Source of the DNA: Escherichia phage JoYop
Length of the DNA: 64,000 nucleotides
Reading direction: 5' to 3' (one strand)
Sequence record: OR769032.1
Shown here: piece after piece, positions 1-9,898 of the stretch
How positions within the stretch are numbered: position 1 is the first letter of the stretch
How the letters are laid out: the number at the start of each line of letters is the position of its first letter
Program-made: the position numbers and the translations under genes
The notes under the pieces: generated by a model
What the model was told of the DNA's origin: nothing
Database searches by the model: none
Seen by the model: the letters and a program-made list of their open reading frames with translations, nothing else

Positions 1-40
1 CTTCTAGTTTAATGACAATCTCCTGGATAACATTTTCCAT
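1..40 (-). CDS. 5' end of an ORF downstream of uvsX (T4 gene 40 position); continues past the window start
   Basis: Minus-strand ATG at 38-40 translating MENVIQEIVIKLE... and running off the window edge. Confidence 0.3.
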   Translation of the reverse strand, partial: MENVIQEIVIKLE

Positions 41-96
41 AGCGGATTTAATTATCTTAAGAGATTCATTAAAAAGACGTTCTTTTCTTTCTTCTT

Positions 97-114
97 CCCC
101 CTCCGAAGAGGGGG
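97..114 (-). terminator. UUCG-tetraloop hairpin between uvsX and the downstream gene
   Basis: ccccctc-cgaa-gaggggg on plus strand, i.e. CCCCCUC-UUCG-GAGGGGG on the transcribed strand. Confidence 0.4.
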
Positions 115-152
115 ATTCATCGATAATTTCTAGATCTAAATCTAAATCATCT

Positions 153-1334
153 TTATTCATTAAATTCTTCCATATCACTTAACTGATCTAGGTCAGTTTC
201 TAAATCAGCTGCTGATTTACTTTTACTTTCTGGAAATTTAAATTTTTCAACCTTTGAGTTAATTAATTCATCAACTTCAGCTTCAACAATTTCATTACTA
301 TCAATAGCACCTAACTGATAAGCACGTTTAATAGCATCTCGGAATGGTTGATGCTTAAATAAAGGACCCCAGAATGTAGTACAGTTGGTATCTTTTGCAC
401 GCCAAGATTTTTCTTCGCGAATCATCTCGCCGGTTTCTTCATCAAGAAATTCACGAGCATACCAACCATTTTTAGGTTTTACTACAAATCCTAATTCTAG
501 AGCCATATCTAACAATCCAGAATAAGGATCGATACCACCGTCAAATTTAACATCAATAAAGAATTTACTTTTTTCTTTAACGGTACGAGATTTTTCTACA
601 TTTAGAACAAATTGATACCCCTGAAGATCAGAACCATCTTTAATCTGGCGCTTACCGATAATGAATACGGTATCAGCCGAATACATTACGCCTGTACCAC
701 CTGTCATCACGGTTTTACTAAACATTTCAATTGTTTCAATTGTATGGTTAACCGCAACACATGGAATATTTTTAATGCTAAAATAAGGAGTAACAATACG
801 GAATAATGACTTCAGCGATTTAGCACGAGTCATATCTGCCACAGATTTTTCATTCAAGGCATCTTCCGTTTCTTTCTTAGAAGCCATATTACCGATTGAG
901 TCGATGAAAACAATAACCTTTTCACCACGCTCAATAGCTTCAAGCTGATTCACCATATCAATTTTCAGTTGTTCAACTGACTGAATTGGTGTATGAATTA
1001 CTCGTTCCGGGTCAACACCCATGGATCGCAAATAAGCTGGAGTAATACCAAATTCGCTATCATAAAATAGACAAACCGCGTCAGGATATTTGTTCAAATA
1101 CGCCGCAACCATAGTCAAAGACATATTTGATTTAAAGTGTTTAGAAGGACCTGCAAAAATAGTTAAACCAGACTGCATACCACCATCAATCGCACCAGAA
1201 ATAGCGATATTAAGCATTGGGATTTTTGTGCGAATTACATCCTTTTCATTAAAGAATTTAGATGTAGTCAGTTCAGCAGTCATTTTAGAAGTGGAAGCTT
1301 TAATCAAACGGGATTTTAAATCTGCAATAGACAT
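153..1334 (-). CDS. uvsX: UvsX RecA-like recombinase
   Basis: 393 aa; N-terminus MSIADLKSRLIKASTSK and full-length resemblance to T4 UvsX as recalled; RecA-type ATPase core. Confidence 0.95.
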   Translation of the reverse strand: MSIADLKSRLIKASTSKMTAELTTSKFFNEKDVIRTKIPMLNIAISGAIDGGMQSGLTIFAGPSKHFKSNMSLTMVAAYLNKYPDAVCLFYDSEFGITPAYLRSMGVDPERVIHTPIQSVEQLKIDMVNQLEAIERGEKVIVFIDSIGNMASKKETEDALNEKSVADMTRAKSLKSLFRIVTPYFSIKNIPCVAVNHTIETIEMFSKTVMTGGTGVMYSADTVFIIGKRQIKDGSDLQGYQFVLNVEKSRTVKEKSKFFIDVKFDGGIDPYSGLLDMALELGFVVKPKNGWYAREFLDEETGEMIREEKSWRAKDTNCTTFWGPLFKHQPFRDAIKRAYQLGAIDSNEIVEAEVDELINSKVEKFKFPESKSKSAADLETDLDQLSDMEEFNE

Positions 1335-1411
1335 TCATTTTTTCCATAGGCATCATTATATTTTCCTCACTGGTTAAAGATAAAGTAATTATAACACAAT
1401 AAATTTAGGCA

Positions 1412-2260
1412 TTAATCAACTGCTATTGGATGAATAGCATTAAACTTATGAAATGCTTCTGATTTTTCTTTACGCGAAACACACATGCGAAGAACCTTTA
1501 ATGGCTCGTCTTCTTCACCCAACGATTTTCGCTTTTCAATATTAGATGTTTTCCAACGAGCTTGCTCTGGAAACTCTTTATTAATTTGCTCAAGCGCTCT
1601 ATTATGTTTAGAATTACTACGAATTGAACTACACCCACCCGGAGCCTGTGCTTTTCCAGATACAACCAGATATTTGAACAAGGCCAAATGCGGATAACCT
1701 TGATTAATTAAATTGAGAAATGCATACATATCTTCGCATAAATCAATTTTTCCATACCCAATTTGTTCTGTCGTAAGTTTTCCGAGGTCATACCATGTAT
1801 TCGTGAATCCATATGAATTTTCACGATAATTACCCCAAGATGAAGTAATTTTAAAAATTGGTAGACGAGCATGGCCATGATAATACCCACAATCCATAGC
1901 ATCTTCAACGTATTGAATTAATTCGTAGAATTGTTCACGGGTTAATTGATTGACTTTATCTACACAACGACGATCGTCTCTTTTTCGCATTGAGCTCATA
2001 CGAATCGTAGTATCATCGTCAATCATCCAGATTCGTTGACCTGCATACATATCAGTAATTGCTTTACGAGTACCAGCAATTCCATTTACATCATCAGGAA
2101 TGGTTATAATTTTAGCTCTAGACCCGTAAGCGTCATAATAAGCTTTTTCTTCATGTTCACGTACTACGATATGAGGTTCATAATCAGTCGGAAACATATC
2201 AAGGGCAGAAACTGCCCCTACGCGTTGATAGCTTGGAATTACAAATTGAATCATTTCCAC
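1412..2260 (-). CDS. GT-A fold glycosyltransferase in the beta-gt position (T2/T6-type beta-glucosyl-HMC-alpha-glucosyltransferase candidate)
   Basis: 282 aa; FVIPSYQR N-terminal GT-A signature and DDD motif (WMIDDDTTI); sits between uvsX and gene 42 where T4 has beta-gt; does not match T4 beta-gt as recalled. Confidence 0.7.
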   Translation of the reverse strand: MEMIQFVIPSYQRVGAVSALDMFPTDYEPHIVVREHEEKAYYDAYGSRAKIITIPDDVNGIAGTRKAITDMYAGQRIWMIDDDTTIRMSSMRKRDDRRCVDKVNQLTREQFYELIQYVEDAMDCGYYHGHARLPIFKITSSWGNYRENSYGFTNTWYDLGKLTTEQIGYGKIDLCEDMYAFLNLINQGYPHLALFKYLVVSGKAQAPGGCSSIRSNSKHNRALEQINKEFPEQARWKTSNIEKRKSLGEEDEPLKVLRMCVSRKEKSEAFHKFNAIHPIAVD

Positions 2261-2991
2261 TCACCGTTATAATCTTTTTTCATAATATGAGTTTCGCCAG
2301 TATTCCACCAATGATCAACCAAGTAAAAATGACGGGAATATACATGAAGACTTCCAACATTCCATATAATAGAACCTGCTTTATACTGACGAGTTGAATC
2401 GCCTGCATTCAAATCAGATACTAATTTATCTAGTACGTATTTTTGCCATGCATAGTCATTACGGAATCCGAAGACCACGTCATTTGAGCGCATGCTAACA
2501 ACTGCATTGATTTTCTTGTCACGAATCAAGTATTGTACTGTATTCGTGCACATGAAATCTGACATACCATCTTTATTGTAGTCAAATTGCATGGATGGAC
2601 GAGTATAAATCATGATACCACGTCGAGAATCAGGATTTTGACCAAGTTCAGCTAAGCACATATCATACTGGGCATAGTTATCTTCTGACCAGATAGCCCA
2701 ACCATAATTCGAGTTAATTTCGCCTTTAGAAGATGCTACCTGTTGCCAAATCTTTGGTGTTTCACCTGGAATATCTTTAACAAACAGGCTTTGAGACTTG
2801 TACCATTCAAGTTCACGCTGAATGTATTCATCATTAAGAGCACCAAAAATAAAGGGTTCATCTGCTACAAATGATGCGCCAATAATTTCAATAGTTTTAA
2901 CACCAGTTTTATCAATTACGAAATCTTTTTCCTTTAATGCAGTTCCCAAATAAAGACGGATTTCTTCAACTGTCATAGAGTCATTAATCAT
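2251..2991 (-). CDS. 42: dCMP hydroxymethylase
   Basis: 246 aa; near-identical to T4 gp42 as recalled (MI.DSMTVEEIRL...GASFVADEPFIFGALNDEYIQRELEWYKS). Confidence 0.95.
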   Translation of the reverse strand: MINDSMTVEEIRLYLGTALKEKDFVIDKTGVKTIEIIGASFVADEPFIFGALNDEYIQRELEWYKSQSLFVKDIPGETPKIWQQVASSKGEINSNYGWAIWSEDNYAQYDMCLAELGQNPDSRRGIMIYTRPSMQFDYNKDGMSDFMCTNTVQYLIRDKKINAVVSMRSNDVVFGFRNDYAWQKYVLDKLVSDLNAGDSTRQYKAGSIIWNVGSLHVYSRHFYLVDHWWNTGETHIMKKDYNGEWK

Positions 2992-2998
2992 TTAAACC

Positions 2999-3148
2999 TC
3001 AATTGATGCATTCATATTTAAATTGTAACAGTAATAAACCCCACCCTATGATAAGAGTTGGAATCATAACAGGAACTGTTACGCTATAGTATATACTTAT
3101 TATAACCATCAAGATTAAAAGCAACACTGCTATAATTTTGCTTTTCAT
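2999..3148 (-). CDS. small membrane peptide (imm.1 position)
   Basis: 49-aa hydrophobic ORF MKSKIIAVLLLILMV...; start overlaps the imm stop (ATGA); not in the supplied ORF track (<60 aa). Confidence 0.45.
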   Translation of the reverse strand: MKSKIIAVLLLILMVIISIYYSVTVPVMIPTLIIGWGLLLLQFKYECIN

Positions 3149-3396
3149 TCTTTCTCTCTGATGATAATTACTTGATTTGGCTGTGCAGACTTTTTGGTTT
3201 CACCCGCAATTGACCAAATAAATGTAATAAACCAACCGATAATTGACCAGTTAAACAGTAAAGACGTGAAAAAGATTCCTACTGTCGATTTTGACCCACG
3301 CATCAAGGCAATGAACCATGGAAGCATGTATATAATAATAGCCAACACGCCTGAAACTAAAACCATAAAAATTGAACCTGCTACTAAAGTTTCCAT
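3145..3396 (-). CDS. imm: Imm-like two-helix membrane protein (superinfection immunity)
   Basis: 83 aa, two hydrophobic segments, located between gene 42 and gene 43 as in T4. Confidence 0.65.
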   Translation of the reverse strand: METLVAGSIFMVLVSGVLAIIIYMLPWFIALMRGSKSTVGIFFTSLLFNWSIIGWFITFIWSIAGETKKSAQPNQVIIIREKE

Positions 3397-3403
3397 ATTT
3401 TCC

Positions 3404-3784
3404 TCACTTAGTCAAATTTTTTACACATGAATTATAAGAATTCACCACATACTCCATCGGAGCATTTTTACCTGTACGCCATTGGTAATTATTAGCCCAA
3501 TTTGCCCAAAGTTCAGCGCAATAATTTTCAATTTTTTCTTCGTGTGTAATTACATCTGAATTACGATATGCTTGAGCAGATTCATCTGGGCGAATAGCTT
3601 CGTCAAAATTCGCCTGCATTTGTTCTACTGTCTGCTTTGGAGCTTCTTTATAACACTTGACATTAGGATTATAAAATTTGCTTGAGCAGTTTACAATTTT
3701 TCCTACATCAGATTGATTTACTACCGGTCCTTGAGCTACACAACCAGTAAGACCCAATGCAATAACCAAAATAGCGATTTTCAT
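3404..3784 (-). CDS. predicted lipoprotein, unknown function
   Basis: 126 aa; signal peptide with lipobox (ALGLTGC); several Cys; no T4 counterpart recalled at this position. Confidence 0.6.
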   Translation of the reverse strand: MKIAILVIALGLTGCVAQGPVVNQSDVGKIVNCSSKFYNPNVKCYKEAPKQTVEQMQANFDEAIRPDESAQAYRNSDVITHEEKIENYCAELWANWANNYQWRTGKNAPMEYVVNSYNSCVKNLTK

Positions 3785-3794
3785 AACAATTTCC

Positions 3795-4031
3795 TCAAAT
3801 GCAAGTAGTAATTACACCTGTAGTGCTCACACATGTATTCCCTAATTGAACACCTAAAGATCCGTTAGTATTCATATGAAGATTATCACCAATTTTAGTT
3901 GATACTTTCCCATTCATATGAATAATAACACTAGATTCAATAGGAGTCTGAATATCATTTTCAACATCAATAAATGGAATTGTTGCTAATGCAACTAAAC
4001 AAACTGCTAAGCAACCATAAACAATTTTCAT
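3795..4031 (-). CDS. small secreted protein, unknown function
   Basis: ATG at 4029-4031 (track start 4043 is a TTG); MKIVYGCLAVCLVALA signal peptide; RBS GGAG upstream; directly behind an early promoter. Confidence 0.5.
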   Translation of the reverse strand: MKIVYGCLAVCLVALATIPFIDVENDIQTPIESSVIIHMNGKVSTKIGDNLHMNTNGSLGVQLGNTCVSTTGVITTCI

Positions 4032-4053
4032 TTTGTTCTCCAAATCCGTATCA

Positions 4054-4095
4054 GTTGATAGTTGTATAGTACCATGGAAGAACAGTGATGTAAAC
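4054..4095 (-). promoter_or_regulatory. T4-type early promoter
   Basis: On transcribed strand GTTTAC (4090-4095) then conserved GGTACTATACAACTATCAAC block (4054-4074); same module repeated at 29261, 31396, 34972, 47296. Confidence 0.6.
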
Positions 4096-4182
4096 AGTTT
4101 TGTGAAAAAATTTTCAATGAATTCTAAAGACCCAGAATCATCTGTTTTTCACAAGTATAGATTTATATTACTTGTATGAAAA

Positions 4183-4200
4183 AGGGACCCGGAGGTCCCT
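4183..4200 (-). terminator. hairpin downstream of gene 43
   Basis: agggacc-cgga-ggtccct, 7-bp stem. Confidence 0.45.
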
Positions 4201-4212
4201 AGATTTATTCTA

Positions 4213-6909
4213 TCAGCCAAACAGGAAGTCTAACGAAGCTTTTTCTTCATAGTCCATACCTGCCGATTCACACATACCTGCAAGTGGTTTAACAAACGAT
4301 TTTTGGAACAAAGTTGAGTAGTCAATCCAAGATAGTACGTCAGAACGAATTTCCTTTGGAAGTTCTGTTCCCGATGGCCAAGCAATACACTTATCACCAA
4401 ATGGGTTTCCTTCACGTAATGGAAGAACCATTACTTTATTTCCATCCAAAATTGGAGCTACACCTAAACCGCTAACAGCTCGACGATAAGTTAGCACACC
4501 ACGAATATGGAACGGGCATTTAAATCCTGGCCAACCTTTATCATCGTATTTCGCTATATCGTTCGCAGTTTTTACTTCAGCAATAACTTTATAGTCAAGT
4601 TGACGATATTCTTTCTCAAAGTTCTTGTAATATTCTTGGACAGACTCTTCACCTTCCTGAAGAATACGACGAATACTTTCTTCGAGAGCTTCTTGTACTG
4701 CTTTTGGTGTTGAACTCTGTTGAGTTTCCATACCCATGATTTTTAGATGCGGTTCAGCAAATCGCTTATCTTCCATATCATAAACGTTCAGAGCATAACG
4801 CTTTTTCGCTTTCCAAAAACCACCGACACCCTTTGAACCAAGTGGAGGACAAGAAATAGCTTCACGGTCCATATGCATCAGATGCTCGCGGTTATTCATA
4901 TAATCACATAACTCACGATATGCAACATCAATCATAGGTTCCATCTTTTTCTTACCGAACTGATTCATGAATTCAACTAAATCATTTTGTTCTTTAAAGC
5001 GGTCAAGACCTACTTTTTCAATAACTTTATCTACGCAAACATATACCGAATCAGTGTCACCAGCTGCGATGAAGTCTTCACCATTAGTTCCACACACTTT
5101 ATTCAGATACTCATTAATTTTACGAGCAATCCACTGAATACCAACTTGGCCGAAAATTGTGATAGCAGTAGCATTTCGCAAATCATAGTAACGGAAATGA
5201 ATATTACCAAGAGCACCATAAAGACTGTTAATAAGAATTTTACGGTTCAGCTGATTTGTATTAGCAAGTGTAGCAGCTTTTTCACATTCTTCAATCAAAC
5301 TATTGAGAACAGATTCAGTATAATTCGATAGTTCATTTAAGAAATCATCACTGAACTTAACATATCGTTCAACTTCCGGTTTAGTTGAACAAGTCCCTGC
5401 GCCTTTCATAATAATTTTTTTAATAGCTTCGGCATTCATTTCTTCTGCGAACATTTTCTTTTTCCAGTCTTTACGTTGGAAAAATACTTTAGCGATTTCC
5501 TTTGGAATGATACCTTCTTGGTGCTTATCATACATCCATCCATTCGGAGAGCAAGAATATTCATCACTTGGCTTAGGAGCTGTTCCTGCGATATATTCAT
5601 GAATTGGATGAACTTTAAACTGACCACGAATAGTCTCAGGACTAATGTTAACCTGACGAATAATGCTCGGATACAGAGAAGTTAAGTCAAAACTCATAAT
5701 ATACCGACGAGCAATCGGTTTAGGTTCAAACACAAATGCACCCGGAAAACTCTGCTTAACGTGTGAACCTTGCTGAGGAATAACCTTATGTTCACCTTTC
5801 AGTGAGTTAAAAATAATAGCATCCCAAGTTTTAATAGGACTCATTACGCCAGAAAAAGGCATTTTAGCGTAATAAGACATACTTAAAACCAGATCGATAA
5901 ACCCACGAATTTTATCGATTGCTTGAACTGATTCTACGTCAATGATGTTATAACTAATGTATCGTTGATGATTAGTCTCACGAAGTTTATTAATAGGACC
6001 ATCGTACGGTAATTTACCTTTTTTGGTTTCATGTTGAGCAACTGATTCCAAAGAGAATGACGGCAAATTAGTAAACGCGAATTTCTTATACAAATCTAAA
6101 TAATCAAGAATAGATACGCCATCAATAGAATAAATTTCTTTGCTACCGTACATGTTTTGAATTAGTTTAGATTTTACTCGACCGATTGGGGAGAAGCGTT
6201 TCATACTGCGTTCACCAAGAACCATTTTAACACGATTCATGATATACGGAACGTCAAATCCCTCAATATTCCAACCAGTAAAAATAGCAGGTCGTTTCTG
6301 TTCCCAGAGATTAATATATTCCATGAGCATATCACGCTCATTATCAAATGGCATATAAATTACTCGGTCAAGAATTTCTTGAGGAACTTCATCACCACCT
6401 TCACAGTCAAGCTTAGCAGCTAATTTTGCATCCCATTTTGATACTGAGCCATACATTGAATTCAACAAATCAAAGACGTAAAAACGGTCGTCAATTGAAT
6501 CATAATGAGTGATAGCATCAATTTCATATTCTGCTTTCATTGGGTCAGGAAATTTATCACCAGTAACCTCAATGTCACAGTTAGCTACACGAACAAATTT
6601 TCGGTCATAAACAATTTCCGAACCGTATGTATCACTGATATAAGCGAGTTTAAAATCGTTCATACCGAGAGCTTCGAGACCGATGTCTTCCATTCGCTTC
6701 ATCCAGTCTCGTGCATCTTTCATTGATGGAAATTTTTGAGGAGCGCAGTTTTTACCATAGATGTCTTTGTATTTTGACTCTTCCTTACAATGCCTAAACA
6801 TAGTCGGAAGATATTCTACTTCACGAGTACGTTCCTTTCCATTTTCATCAATATAACGCTCAACAATGTTATTTCCGACTGTTTCGATAGAGATATAAAA
6901 TTCTTTCAT
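4213..6909 (-). CDS. 43: DNA polymerase (family B)
   Basis: 898 aa; same length and extensive identity to T4 gp43 as recalled (MKEFYISIETVGNNIVERYIDENGKER..., DTDS motif). Confidence 0.97.
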   Translation of the reverse strand: MKEFYISIETVGNNIVERYIDENGKERTREVEYLPTMFRHCKEESKYKDIYGKNCAPQKFPSMKDARDWMKRMEDIGLEALGMNDFKLAYISDTYGSEIVYDRKFVRVANCDIEVTGDKFPDPMKAEYEIDAITHYDSIDDRFYVFDLLNSMYGSVSKWDAKLAAKLDCEGGDEVPQEILDRVIYMPFDNERDMLMEYINLWEQKRPAIFTGWNIEGFDVPYIMNRVKMVLGERSMKRFSPIGRVKSKLIQNMYGSKEIYSIDGVSILDYLDLYKKFAFTNLPSFSLESVAQHETKKGKLPYDGPINKLRETNHQRYISYNIIDVESVQAIDKIRGFIDLVLSMSYYAKMPFSGVMSPIKTWDAIIFNSLKGEHKVIPQQGSHVKQSFPGAFVFEPKPIARRYIMSFDLTSLYPSIIRQVNISPETIRGQFKVHPIHEYIAGTAPKPSDEYSCSPNGWMYDKHQEGIIPKEIAKVFFQRKDWKKKMFAEEMNAEAIKKIIMKGAGTCSTKPEVERYVKFSDDFLNELSNYTESVLNSLIEECEKAATLANTNQLNRKILINSLYGALGNIHFRYYDLRNATAITIFGQVGIQWIARKINEYLNKVCGTNGEDFIAAGDTDSVYVCVDKVIEKVGLDRFKEQNDLVEFMNQFGKKKMEPMIDVAYRELCDYMNNREHLMHMDREAISCPPLGSKGVGGFWKAKKRYALNVYDMEDKRFAEPHLKIMGMETQQSSTPKAVQEALEESIRRILQEGEESVQEYYKNFEKEYRQLDYKVIAEVKTANDIAKYDDKGWPGFKCPFHIRGVLTYRRAVSGLGVAPILDGNKVMVLPLREGNPFGDKCIAWPSGTELPKEIRSDVLSWIDYSTLFQKSFVKPLAGMCESAGMDYEEKASLDFLFG

Positions 6910-6927
6910 AGATATTCCTTAGTTTAT

Positions 6928-6945
6928 AGCCCGAGTTATTAGGCT
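6928..6945 (-). promoter_or_regulatory. gene 43 translational operator hairpin
   Basis: Transcribed strand AGCC-UAAUAACUCG-GGCU just 5' of the gene 43 RBS; matches the recalled T4 gp43 autoregulatory operator (short stem, AAUAACUC loop). Confidence 0.55.
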
Positions 6946-6967
6946 CTTGATATATTATACTCCAAAT

Positions 6968-6985
6968 AAGGGGCCGAAGCCCCTT
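6968..6985 (-). terminator. UUCG-tetraloop hairpin
   Basis: aaggggc-cgaa-gcccctt. Confidence 0.45.
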
Positions 6986-6987
6986 GC

Positions 6988-7209
6988 TTAAATTAGTACT
7001 ATTTGTCGGGTGAAAATTGTCAATCCATTTGCATCAATTGACTTAACGACTGCAGTAAAGTGTTTTTGTTCTGGGTGAATTAATTTTTGAAATTCTACCT
7101 GAAATTTTAGTTGGAGGTTTTCTGGTAAATCAAAAAGTGTTTCTGTCGCAGAAAGATTGTATTTTTCTTTAAGAGACGCCATGTATTCTTGCGGAGTTAT
7201 AGCAGTCAT
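6988..7209 (-). CDS. hypothetical small protein between regA and gene 43
   Basis: 73 aa from ATG at 7207-7209 (MTAITPQEY...), 2 nt after the regA stop; no obvious RBS. Confidence 0.35.
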   Translation of the reverse strand: MTAITPQEYMASLKEKYNLSATETLFDLPENLQLKFQVEFQKLIHPEQKHFTAVVKSIDANGLTIFTRQIVLI

Positions 7210-7210
7210 A

Positions 7211-7579
7211 TTAATTACCAATCGTATATTTAGGAACGAGTTTCCATTCATGTTTTTGTTTAAAAGAAATAACTCGGAAGTTATTAGTTAAATCTTTCAT
7301 AAAAGTTCTTTGGCCAGGAGCGATTTCAATCAGTCCCCAATCTTCTAACAGCCACGCAATCGAATCACGACGAATTTCATCTTCTTCTGTCATTTCAACT
7401 TGGCGACCATCCATGCGAAGCATTTCTTTAAAATGAACGATATAGTATAGTCCTTTTTTCTGGAGAATATGACAGGACTGATACAGAACTTTATCTTTGT
7501 TATTAGCAATTCCCATACGAGTCAAAGTTTCTTTTACTTTCAGAAAATCTTCAGGTTTTTTAAGAGTAATTTCAATCAT
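7211..7579 (-). CDS. regA: RegA translational repressor
   Basis: 122 aa; matches T4 RegA as recalled; order regA-62-44-45 conserved. Confidence 0.9.
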   Translation of the reverse strand: MIEITLKKPEDFLKVKETLTRMGIANNKDKVLYQSCHILQKKGLYYIVHFKEMLRMDGRQVEMTEEDEIRRDSIAWLLEDWGLIEIAPGQRTFMKDLTNNFRVISFKQKHEWKLVPKYTIGN

Positions 7580-7580
7580 T

Positions 7581-8144
7581 TTACCATTCCAATGCTAGTT
7601 TTTTGAGTTGTTTCTGTTCTTTTACGTTCTTAGTCACTTCTTTCAAAAAATCATCCGTGACTAAACCTTTTAGTTCTTTTAATACTAAAGGAAGTTTTCC
7701 ATTTTTAGTAAGAATTGATTTATAGTTAATTGCATCATTCGTATTAACTTGATACCGCTTAGCAAGTAACTTAATAATCAATACTTCGGTAGAATCTTCA
7801 ACCAGTTTCGCCCATTTACCATATCTTTTACCACGAGGAACTGCAGCCATTAGATAATTAAAATGAGCTTCATCACTTAATCCAGAACCGATTAAATTCA
7901 TTGCATACACTGCCGGCATGCACTCCGGAAATTGTGATAGTGCATTTTCAACCATGAATTTTGAATAATCTTTTTGAGCAATAGAGCATTTAGTTTTATT
8001 ATTAATAGCTCCAATTATTTCAAAAAATTCATTTTCAGCTTTTTCTTTAAAAGAATCAGCAGCAGATTGGACAGCTGTCCAATCTTTTGAATACCAAGCA
8101 ACTTGATGCTCGTTTAATTGAATATCATCTTCAAATAAGCTCAT
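7581..8144 (-). CDS. 62: clamp loader small subunit
   Basis: 187 aa; position and length match T4 gp62. Confidence 0.9.
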   Translation of the reverse strand: MSLFEDDIQLNEHQVAWYSKDWTAVQSAADSFKEKAENEFFEIIGAINNKTKCSIAQKDYSKFMVENALSQFPECMPAVYAMNLIGSGLSDEAHFNYLMAAVPRGKRYGKWAKLVEDSTEVLIIKLLAKRYQVNTNDAINYKSILTKNGKLPLVLKELKGLVTDDFLKEVTKNVKEQKQLKKLALEW

Positions 8145-8145
8145 A

Positions 8146-9105
8146 TCACTTCCACTGCATTTCGCATGCTAATTGAATGAAAAGATAAGCTAAATGTAAT
8201 TCCGTGTTAGCTGCAATTCCATGATACTGGTTATTTTCACCGACAATTTCATACATGCGAATAATACTCTGTGGAGTTACACGTGAATAAATTTCTTCGG
8301 CAAGTTTACCAACGAACCAAGAATAATCAGCCGCATATTTTGGTGCTAAAGCTCTGAGTTGTTTAACATCTTTATTTTTGAGAGACTCAAGAACATCATC
8401 AATAGCACCACGATCGTTAGTAACCAGTGATAAAATACCAGCATCCAAAACACCTTTAGATGAATAACTATCGAGCTCACCAATAGTTTTACGAAAATCA
8501 GGAAAATTCTTTTTAACCAAAGCTGCTACAACTTTCATATCAGCTATAGCAATTCCTTCATGCTTGCAGATTTCAGTCAATCGACGAATCATCTGCTTCA
8601 TCATTTCAATTTTATCTTCATCGGTCGGTTGACCGAACGTAATAACTCGGCAGCGTGACTGAAGTGGTTTAATAATACCATCAATATTGTTAGCAGTAAT
8701 AATAATACTACAGTTTGAACTATAAGCTTCCATAAAGGAACGAAGATGCCGCTGAGACTCTGCTAACCCTGAACGGTCAAATTCATCAATAACGATTACT
8801 TTTTGACGACCATCAAATGAAGCTGCACTGGCAAAATTAGTCAAAGGACCACGAACGAAATCAATTTTACAATCTGACCCATTCACAAACATCATATCAG
8901 CATTTACATCATGGCACAATGCTTTTGCTACGGTTGTTTTACCTGTTCCTGGAGAAGGAGAATGAAGAATAATATGTGGAATCTTACCTTTACTTGTAAT
9001 AGATTTAAAGGTTTCTTTATCAAAGGCGGGAAGAATACATTCATCGATAGTAGATGGACGATATTTCTGTTCAAGAATGTGTTCTTTTTCATTTACAGTA
9101 ATCAT
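8146..9105 (-). CDS. 44: clamp loader large subunit (AAA+)
   Basis: Start taken at MITVNEKEH (319 aa); Walker A SPGTGKTT; matches T4 gp44 as recalled. Confidence 0.93.
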
Positions 9106-9137
9106 AATTTCCTCATTCAAGTTTTAGTGTAAATTAT

Positions 9138-9155
9138 AAAGGGCCGAAGCCCTTT
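9138..9155 (-). terminator. UUCG-tetraloop hairpin between genes 45 and 44
   Basis: aaagggc-cgaa-gcccttt. Confidence 0.45.
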
Positions 9156-9156
9156 A

Positions 9157-9843
9157 TTAAAAGTCGTGGGTAGAATCAGCTTCAAGAGCTACTACATAAT
9201 TCGCATGTTCACCTTCAAATTTAGCAGCACCTTGTTTACCTTTTGCCCAAAGCAGAAGTTTATAATTTCCTGGTTGCATTTTCATATTTGCCATATTGAT
9301 AATGAAATTAAATGTATTTTCACCATCATAATCACCAAGAGTCAAAGAATATTTAACACGAGTCAAAGCAGAATCTTCTACTTTATTAAAACCGTTAATT
9401 ACGATTTTACCTTCTTTTACTGTGATAGCAATTGTATCAATCTGCAGACCACGAGATACACGCAACAGCTGTTGAAGGTCTTCAGCTTTAATTTCAGTAA
9501 CAACAGATGCTACCGGGAATGGAATTGGTTTATTAGGAGCAACTACTGTACTTGGATCGGCTGCTGGCCAAAAAATTGTTGAGCGGGCATCAGCAATTTT
9601 AATATTTCCATCTTCTGACTGGGAAATTTCTGCATCATCATTAACTAAGGACAGAATACCAAGAAAACCGTTCAAATCGTAAATTGCTACATCAAAATCA
9701 ATAACGTCAGAAATATTTGCTTCCGCATAAGTTGTACCATTAACTGCGCGAGTCATAATAAATTGACCTGATTTAAGCATAATACCGGAGTTAATAGTAG
9801 CGAAATTTTTAAGCAGAGCAGTAGTATCTTTAGACAGTTTCAT
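9157..9843 (-). CDS. 45: sliding clamp
   Basis: 228 aa; length and position match T4 gp45. Confidence 0.93.
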   Translation of the reverse strand: MKLSKDTTALLKNFATINSGIMLKSGQFIMTRAVNGTTYAEANISDVIDFDVAIYDLNGFLGILSLVNDDAEISQSEDGNIKIADARSTIFWPAADPSTVVAPNKPIPFPVASVVTEIKAEDLQQLLRVSRGLQIDTIAITVKEGKIVINGFNKVEDSALTRVKYSLTLGDYDGENTFNFIINMANMKMQPGNYKLLLWAKGKQGAAKFEGEHANYVVALEADSTHDF

Positions 9844-9898
9844 GTAATTTCCTTCAATTCAAATGAGATTTAATTTTATAACTAATTTAATAAAGCAA

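Noticed and set aside
612-1377. Plus-strand ORFs 612-806 and 1090-1377 in the six-frame track
   Set aside because: They lie antisense inside uvsX; low-complexity translations with no start context. The same applies to most plus-strand track ORFs between 1 and 54,900.
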